Origin: Flavobacterium sp.
GTDB lineage: Bacteria > Bacteroidota > Bacteroidia > Flavobacteriales > Flavobacteriaceae
NCBI RefSeq assembly: GCF_027482425.1
Contig: NZ_JAIXWA010000022.1
Span: forward strand, 3,111 to 67,110
Length of the DNA: 64,000 bases
Reading direction: 5' to 3'
Of this stretch, positions 58,421 through 64,000 are shown one piece after another. Made by a program: the position numbers and the translations under genes. The notes below the pieces were generated by a model. That model saw only the letters and a list, made by a program, of their open reading frames with translations, was not told the origin of the DNA and searched no databases. Each line of letters opens with the position of its first letter. Positions within the stretch are counted from its first letter, which is position 1.

Positions 58421-58660
58421 TTGATACGAAAAATCATCATCAGCGGCATTACTTTCTCCGTATTACAAGTACTAAATTTTGTACTATGCACGGAAGTTTT
58501 TTGTGGCACCTGTGCTTATGATGCTACCCATTTCTTGTTTCAATTCTTTTTTGAAATAGATGCCCTAAATGAGTTCAGCGTTTCGCCTTCCCCAATGAAT
58601 ATTATTATGTGCATAGCAGTTAGCTTGTTGATGGGACTCATCTATCCTGACCGAAAATAA
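58421..58660 (+). CDS. Small two-TM hypothetical protein
   Basis: TTG start and two hydrophobic segments; fills the gap between flanking genes. Confidence 0.4.
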   Translation: MIRKIIISGITFSVLQVLNFVLCTEVFCGTCAYDATHFLFQFFFEIDALNEFSVSPSPMNIIMCIAVSLLMGLIYPDRK

Positions 58661-58729
58661 ACACAAAAGAAAAGCTTCCCCGATTCACGTTTTATTTTTA
58701 GCTATTTTTGCAAAAATTTTTCAAATACT

Positions 58730-59605
58730 ATGGCAAATGTAAATGTAGGTTTGGTACAAATGTCGTGTACGTACGATAAAGCGGCCAACCTTGAAAAAGC
58801 AATTCGCGAAGTGCGTGTGGCCGCCGAAAAAGGCGCTCAAATTGTTTGTCTTCAGGAATTATTTACTTCCTTATATTTTTGTGATGTCGAAGATTACGAC
58901 AACTTCCAATTGGCCGAAGCCATTCCAGGACCTAGTACCGATGCGCTTTCTGAAGTAGCTAAGGAGCTTGGTGTCGTCATTATCGCTTCTCTATTTGAAA
59001 AACGCACCCACGGTATTTACCATAATACAACAGCTGTATTGGATGCCGACGGAACCTACCTCGGAAAATACCGCAAAATGCATATTCCCGACGATCCTGC
59101 TTTTTACGAAAAATTCTATTTCACACCAGGCGACTTAGGATACAAAATATTCCAAACGAAATTTGCCAAAATCGGTATCTTAATTTGTTGGGACCAATGG
59201 TACCCCGAAGCGAGTCGTATTACGGCATTGATGGGTGCCGAAATCTTGTTCTACCCCACTGCCATCGGTTGGGCCACCGATCAAGACGAAGAAATCAACC
59301 AAGACCAATACAACGCTTGGCAAACCATTCAACGTTCGCATGCCGTAGCCAACGGTGTTCCCGTAGTCAGCGTTAACCGTGTAGGCTTTGAACAAAATGG
59401 CGCCATGAAATTCTGGGGCGGAAGTTTTGTCGCCAACGGTCAAGGAAAATTATTGTACTTAGGGACACACGACCAAGAAGAAACTACGGTCGTACCTTTA
59501 GATTTAAACCAATCCGATTATTTCCGCATGCACTGGCCATTCCTAAGAGACCGCCGCATTGATAGCTATGCTCCGATAACCAAACGTTTTATCGATGAAG
59601 ACTAA
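58730..59605 (+). CDS. aguB: Carbon-nitrogen hydrolase, N-carbamoylputrescine amidase type
   Basis: Nitrilase triad CLQELF, YRKMHIP and ICWDQWYPE; overlaps the agmatine deiminase gene. Confidence 0.88.
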   Translation: MANVNVGLVQMSCTYDKAANLEKAIREVRVAAEKGAQIVCLQELFTSLYFCDVEDYDNFQLAEAIPGPSTDALSEVAKELGVVIIASLFEKRTHGIYHNTTAVLDADGTYLGKYRKMHIPDDPAFYEKFYFTPGDLGYKIFQTKFAKIGILICWDQWYPEASRITALMGAEILFYPTAIGWATDQDEEINQDQYNAWQTIQRSHAVANGVPVVSVNRVGFEQNGAMKFWGGSFVANGQGKLLYLGTHDQEETTVVPLDLNQSDYFRMHWPFLRDRRIDSYAPITKRFIDED

Positions 59606-60680
59606 TTTGGAGACCCCAAAAGCATTAGGCTATTACTTTCCTGCGGAATTTGAACCTCAAGATGCCCTTTGGCTCTCGTGGCCGCATAAAGAAGAATCGT
59701 GGCCGGGTAAAATGCATACCATTTTTGATCCTTATGCGGAATTTATTTTGCAAGTAGCTTCGCACCAACGCGTCTGTATTAACGTTGCCGATGCGGTCAT
59801 GCAAGCTTTCGCCGAACAAAAAATTAAAACTTCTACATACGCCCAAACCATCAGCGATTTCGCCAACCGTTGGGCACGCATCTCTTTTTACCACCATCCT
59901 ACCAACGATGCATGGTGCCGCGATCACGGTCCGGCCTTTCTTTTGCATAAAACAGAAGCCAAAAAAGCCGTTGTCGATTGGGGGTATAATGCCTGGGGCG
60001 GTAAATATCCTCCGTTTGATTTGGATGATGTGATTCCGACAAAAATTGGAGAAAAATTAGGCTTACCTGTCTTCAATCCCGGTATCGTCATGGAAGGTGG
60101 CAGTGTGGAATTCAATGGTCGTGGCACGTTAATGACGACCACCGCTTGTTTACTAAACGAAAACCGCAATCCGCATTTGAACCAAGCGCAAATTGAAGAA
60201 TACCTTCACAACTATTACGGTGTGGACCATATTCTTTGGCTCGGTGATGGCATCATCGGTGACGACACCGACGGCCATATTGACGACATCACGCGCTTTG
60301 TCAATGAAGATACCGTACTTACCGTTGTGGAAGAAAATAGAAACGATGCGAACTACGAAATTCTGCAAGAAAACCTTAAACTGTTACACCAAATGCGTTT
60401 GGAAAATGGCAAGCAACTGAATGTAGTCGAACTCCCTATGCCGAAACCGGTGATTTATGAGGATCAAATTCTACCCGCTTCGTACGCCAATTTCTACATT
60501 TCCAACGAAACCGTCATTGTACCTACGTTCCAAGACTTGAAAAACGACGATCGCGCGTTGGACATCATTCAGCAGTGCTTCCCAACCCGACGCGTCGTGG
60601 GCATCAACTCTGTGGATCTGATTTGGGGTCTCGGTAGTTTTCATTGCTTGAGCCAACAAGAACCTTCGATTATTTTATAA
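59595..60680 (+). CDS. aguA: Agmatine deiminase family protein
   Basis: PAEFEPQ, WCRDHGP, MEGGS, DDTDGHIDD, ASYANFY and GSFHC. Confidence 0.93.
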   Translation: MKTNLETPKALGYYFPAEFEPQDALWLSWPHKEESWPGKMHTIFDPYAEFILQVASHQRVCINVADAVMQAFAEQKIKTSTYAQTISDFANRWARISFYHHPTNDAWCRDHGPAFLLHKTEAKKAVVDWGYNAWGGKYPPFDLDDVIPTKIGEKLGLPVFNPGIVMEGGSVEFNGRGTLMTTTACLLNENRNPHLNQAQIEEYLHNYYGVDHILWLGDGIIGDDTDGHIDDITRFVNEDTVLTVVEENRNDANYEILQENLKLLHQMRLENGKQLNVVELPMPKPVIYEDQILPASYANFYISNETVIVPTFQDLKNDDRALDIIQQCFPTRRVVGINSVDLIWGLGSFHCLSQQEPSIIL

Positions 60681-60684
60681 AACT

Positions 60685-60708
60685 AAAGCTCTTCGTTGGG
60701 CTTTTTTT
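60685..60708 (+). terminator. Intrinsic terminator
   Basis: AAGCTC / GGGCTT stem followed by T7. Confidence 0.6.
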
Positions 60709-60749
60709 ATTTTTGGGAGCAAGAACCCCATAGCTTTTAGCGCACCCCA

Positions 60750-60804
60750 CCCGCTTTCCGTTCTATCCCCGATAGCTCGGGAGATGCCACTTCAATCGGG
60801 GCTA
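60750..60804 (-). repeat. REP/MITE-like intergenic element
   Basis: On the minus strand it begins TAGCCCCGATTGA and ends GAAAGCGGG, with an internal CCCGATAGCTCGGG hairpin. Confidence 0.65.
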
Positions 60805-60832
60805 AAAAAGAACGCATGTACTTCGAAACCAC

Positions 60833-61216
60833 TTACCCAAACGGTGCCAAAGCCGCTACAGCTATGCCTTCATGCGATGCATCATACACCGCTTGCCCGT
60901 CCTTAATTACAATCACTTGCGGCGATTGATGTACGACACCCAACCGCTCCGTAATCGCATTGGATATCGGTCGGTATTCCAACAAATCCAAAAAATAAGG
61001 TGTGATTTTTCCGTCCAAGTTCCAATCCGATTCAAATTGACGCAACGCCATCCGACTGATACTGCAACGGGTACTGTGCTTAAAAACCACTACAGGATGC
61101 TCGTGTGAATCTTGTAGCATCATTTCTAAATCCTTAAGATCGGTTAAGGGATTCCAATGGATTCCTGAAGACGACTCAGTGGAATTTCCATCAAATAAAG
61201 ATCCGAATAAACTCAT
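60833..61216 (-). CDS. ytxJ: YtxJ-family thioredoxin-fold protein (monothiol bacilliredoxin-like)
   Basis: FKHSTRCSIS, YFLDLL...ISN and VVHQSPQ. Confidence 0.88.
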   Translation of the reverse strand: MSLFGSLFDGNSTESSSGIHWNPLTDLKDLEMMLQDSHEHPVVVFKHSTRCSISRMALRQFESDWNLDGKITPYFLDLLEYRPISNAITERLGVVHQSPQVIVIKDGQAVYDASHEGIAVAALAPFG

Positions 61217-61424
61217 AGTTGCTTTTTTTCAAAATTACAAAAAATCAAGCAATACGGGCACTGTCATTGGAAACCCTGTTTCACGCCAAAAAGACAGCTT
61301 TAAACGTAAAAAACATTGATTATCAGCCAACTTGACAGCCAGTCCGACTTGGAACACTTATTGACTCACTTATCATAGCGTTTTCAAAACGTTTAATCCA
61401 CAACACACACAAGAGGACCCTATT

Positions 61425-64000
61425 ATGAATTTAAAAAACTTAACCATCAAGTCCCAAGAAGCCGTGCAACAAGCCCAACAAATTGCACAAACCTACGGAC
61501 ACCAACAACTCGAAAACGAACATCTTTTCAAAGGAATTTTGGAAGTCGATGAGAACGTGACGCCTTTTCTTTTGAAAAAGCTGAACGTCAATGTCGAGTT
61601 GTTTCAACGCATTTTAGACAGTACCTTACAAAGCTTCCCCAAAGTAACAGGAGGTGAAATCATGCTGTCCCGTGAAGCCAATACTGCTTTAACCGAAGCG
61701 GGTATCATTGCCAAAAGAATGAACGATGAATATATTTCCATCGAACATTTAATCCTAGCCATTTTTAAAACCAAGAGTAAAATCGCTCAAATCTTAAAAG
61801 ACCAAGGCGTTACTGAAAAAGGTCTCGAAACCGCTATTGCTGAATTACGCAAAGGCGAACGCGTTTCTTCAGCTTCTGCGGAAGAAACTTACAACGCCTT
61901 GAATAAGTATGCCAAAAACCTGAATGAGTTAGCCCGAACAGGAAAACTCGACCCCGTGATTGGTCGCGATGAAGAAATCCGTCGTGTACTGCAAATTCTC
62001 ACCCGTCGCACCAAAAACAACCCGATGTTGATTGGGGAACCCGGGGTGGGAAAAACAGCGATCGCCGAAGGACTCGCCCACCGTATTGTCGATGGCGATG
62101 TACCCGAAAACTTGAAAGATAAAATCGTCTATTCCCTCGACATGGGTGCCCTAATTGCAGGAGCAAAATACAAAGGCGAATTTGAAGAACGCCTGAAATC
62201 TGTGGTAAAGGAAGTAACCTCTGCCGAAGGTGATATCGTCTTGTTTATTGACGAAATCCATACCTTAGTCGGAGCCGGCGGTGGCGAAGGCGCTATGGAT
62301 GCTGCCAACATATTAAAGCCGGCTTTAGCCCGTGGCGAACTCCGTGCCATTGGAGCGACAACCTTAGACGAATACCAAAAGTATTTTGAAAAAGACAAAG
62401 CTTTGGAACGCCGTTTTCAAAAAGTCAATGTCGACGAACCCGATACGGAAAGTGCCATCTCTATTTTGCGCGGGATCAAAGAGAAATACGAAACCCATCA
62501 CAAGGTTCGTATCAAAGACGACGCGATTATTGCCGCGGTAGAACTGTCTCAACGTTACATTACCAATCGTTTCCTTCCCGATAAAGCCATTGACTTAATG
62601 GACGAAGCGGCTTCAAAATTGCGTATGGAAATCAATTCGAAACCCGAAGAATTGGATGTGCTCGATCGTAAAATCATGCAATTAGAAATCGAGATTGAGG
62701 CGATTAAACGCGAACAAGACGAAACCAAATTAAAGTCGTTAGGCTTGGATTTGGCCAACTTAAAAGAAGAGCGCAATAAAATATTTGCCCAATGGAAGTC
62801 GGAAAAAGAAGTTGTAGAAAACATCCAAAGTGTAAAACAAGACATCGAGGATTACAAATTGGAGGCCGAGCGAGCTGAACGGGAAGGCGATTACGGGAAG
62901 GTAGCCGAATTGCGTTATGGAAAAATCAAAGAAGCCCAAGAACAACTCAATGCTTTACAACTTCAATTACAAGAAAATCAGAAGGGTAATTCCTTGATTA
63001 AAGAGGAAGTTACCCATGATGATATCGCCGAGGTGGTGGCCAAATGGACAAGCATTCCCGTGACCAAAATGCTGCAAAGCGAACGCGATAAGTTGCTGAA
63101 ATTGGAAGACGAACTTCACAAACGGGTCGTTGGTCAAGAAGAAGCCATTGCTGCCATCAGTGATGCCGTACGCCGCAGTCGAGCCGGATTACAAGATGCC
63201 AAAAAACCGATTGGCTCCTTCCTATTTTTAGGAACTACAGGTGTCGGTAAAACCGAATTGGCAAAAGCGCTTGCCGAATACCTTTTTGACGATGAAAATG
63301 CGATAACCCGAATCGACATGAGTGAATACCAAGAACGCCACAGCGTGAGCCGTTTGGTAGGTGCCCCTCCGGGTTATGTAGGCTATGATGAAGGGGGGCA
63401 ATTAACCGAAGCGGTGCGCCGAAAACCCTATAGTGTGGTGTTGTTGGACGAAATTGAAAAAGCGCATCCCGATACCTTCAACATCCTATTGCAAGTCTTG
63501 GATGAAGGGCGTTTAACCGACAACAAAGGACGCTTAGCTGACTTCAAAAACACGATCATCATCATGACTTCAAATATGGGCAGTGCGATTATCCAAGAGA
63601 AGTTTGAAAACCTCAAAGGAAACCTAGAAACGGCAGCCGAGTTGGCCAAAGTCGAAGTCTTAGGACTTTTGAAACAAACGGTGCGCCCCGAATTCTTGAA
63701 CCGTATTGATGAGATTGTAATGTTCACACCTTTGACCCAAGATAACATTCGTCAAATCGTGCATTTGCAATTGAAAAACGTCACCAAAATGTTGGCGCAA
63801 CAACACATTACCATGGATGCCACTCCCGAGGCTGTCGATTATTTGGCGACCAAAGGGTATGATGCCGAGTTTGGTGCTCGACCTGTAAAACGGGTGGTCC
63901 AACGCGAAGTCTTGAATCAATTGTCTAAAGAAATATTAGCCGGGACCATCACCACCGACAGCATCATCCTATTAGATAGCTTCGATGGAAAATTAGTCTT
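61425..64000 (+). CDS. clpB: ClpB disaggregase, 3' end just beyond the window (absent from the ORF track because there is no stop)
   Basis: Read by hand from ATG 61425 ([14 protein letters not shown]). Contains [30 protein letters not shown], the coiled-coil M domain, [17 protein letters not shown] and FGARP. The frame is consistent to the last base. Confidence 0.97.
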   Translation, partial: MNLKNLTIKSQEAVQQAQQIAQTYGHQQLENEHLFKGILEVDENVTPFLLKKLNVNVELFQRILDSTLQSFPKVTGGEIMLSREANTALTEAGIIAKRMNDEYISIEHLILAIFKTKSKIAQILKDQGVTEKGLETAIAELRKGERVSSASAEETYNALNKYAKNLNELARTGKLDPVIGRDEEIRRVLQILTRRTKNNPMLIGEPGVGKTAIAEGLAHRIVDGDVPENLKDKIVYSLDMGALIAGAKYKGEFEERLKSVVKEVTSAEGDIVLFIDEIHTLVGAGGGEGAMDAANILKPALARGELRAIGATTLDEYQKYFEKDKALERRFQKVNVDEPDTESAISILRGIKEKYETHHKVRIKDDAIIAAVELSQRYITNRFLPDKAIDLMDEAASKLRMEINSKPEELDVLDRKIMQLEIEIEAIKREQDETKLKSLGLDLANLKEERNKIFAQWKSEKEVVENIQSVKQDIEDYKLEAERAEREGDYGKVAELRYGKIKEAQEQLNALQLQLQENQKGNSLIKEEVTHDDIAEVVAKWTSIPVTKMLQSERDKLLKLEDELHKRVVGQEEAIAAISDAVRRSRAGLQDAKKPIGSFLFLGTTGVGKTELAKALAEYLFDDENAITRIDMSEYQERHSVSRLVGAPPGYVGYDEGGQLTEAVRRKPYSVVLLDEIEKAHPDTFNILLQVLDEGRLTDNKGRLADFKNTIIIMTSNMGSAIIQEKFENLKGNLETAAELAKVEVLGLLKQTVRPEFLNRIDEIVMFTPLTQDNIRQIVHLQLKNVTKMLAQQHITMDATPEAVDYLATKGYDAEFGARPVKRVVQREVLNQLSKEILAGTITTDSIILLDSFDGKLV

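Noticed and set aside
62129-63920. Minus-strand ORFs at the window end
   Set aside because: They are antisense shadows of clpB, which occupies the + strand from 61425 to the edge.
1-64000. rRNA, tRNA, transposase, integrase, prophage or recognisable defence genes
   Set aside because: None was recognised in any ORF or intergenic region. Small structured RNAs could be missed without covariance models.

Overview
64 kb of chromosomal DNA from a member of the Flavobacteriaceae, probably Flavobacterium. The assignment rests on repeated TAnnTTTG promoter motifs, a T9SS type-B CTD/PorP/OmpA operon and the ytxJ-clpB and dps-oxyR arrangements. Most of the window is housekeeping: acyl-CoA dehydrogenase, sodC, beta-carbonic anhydrase/SulP, oxyR, mnmD, ilvE, a class V aminotransferase, selO, an S41 peptidase, glmM, acpH, an AlkD-like protein, two CLC proteins, uvrA, LOG, a fused 2-oxoacid dehydrogenase E1, glyA, fahA, aguB/aguA, ytxJ and a 3'-truncated clpB. 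I found no rRNA, tRNA, CRISPR array, transposase or integrase. The points most worth following up are: (1) a candidate transmembrane one-component regulatory locus at 22.6-25.8 kb (HTH-TM-periplasmic protein, a coupled secreted partner, a divergent SIMPL operon and phased operator-like repeats); (2) polarised 7/8-mer intergenic repeat tracts with nested mini-hairpins, where the G/T-rich strand always points toward the centre of the site; (3) an AT-rich lipoprotein gene that resembles a solitary gene cassette; (4) gene decay, seen in a multiply disrupted dps, a THI5-like chimera and a hydrolase whose start codon is replaced by repeats; and (5) uncharacterised conserved proteins, including tandem small paralogs, a cytochrome c'-like lipoprotein and an apparently inactive M1-peptidase/beta-barrel fusion. 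All family assignments are motif recognition by eye; no database searches were run.
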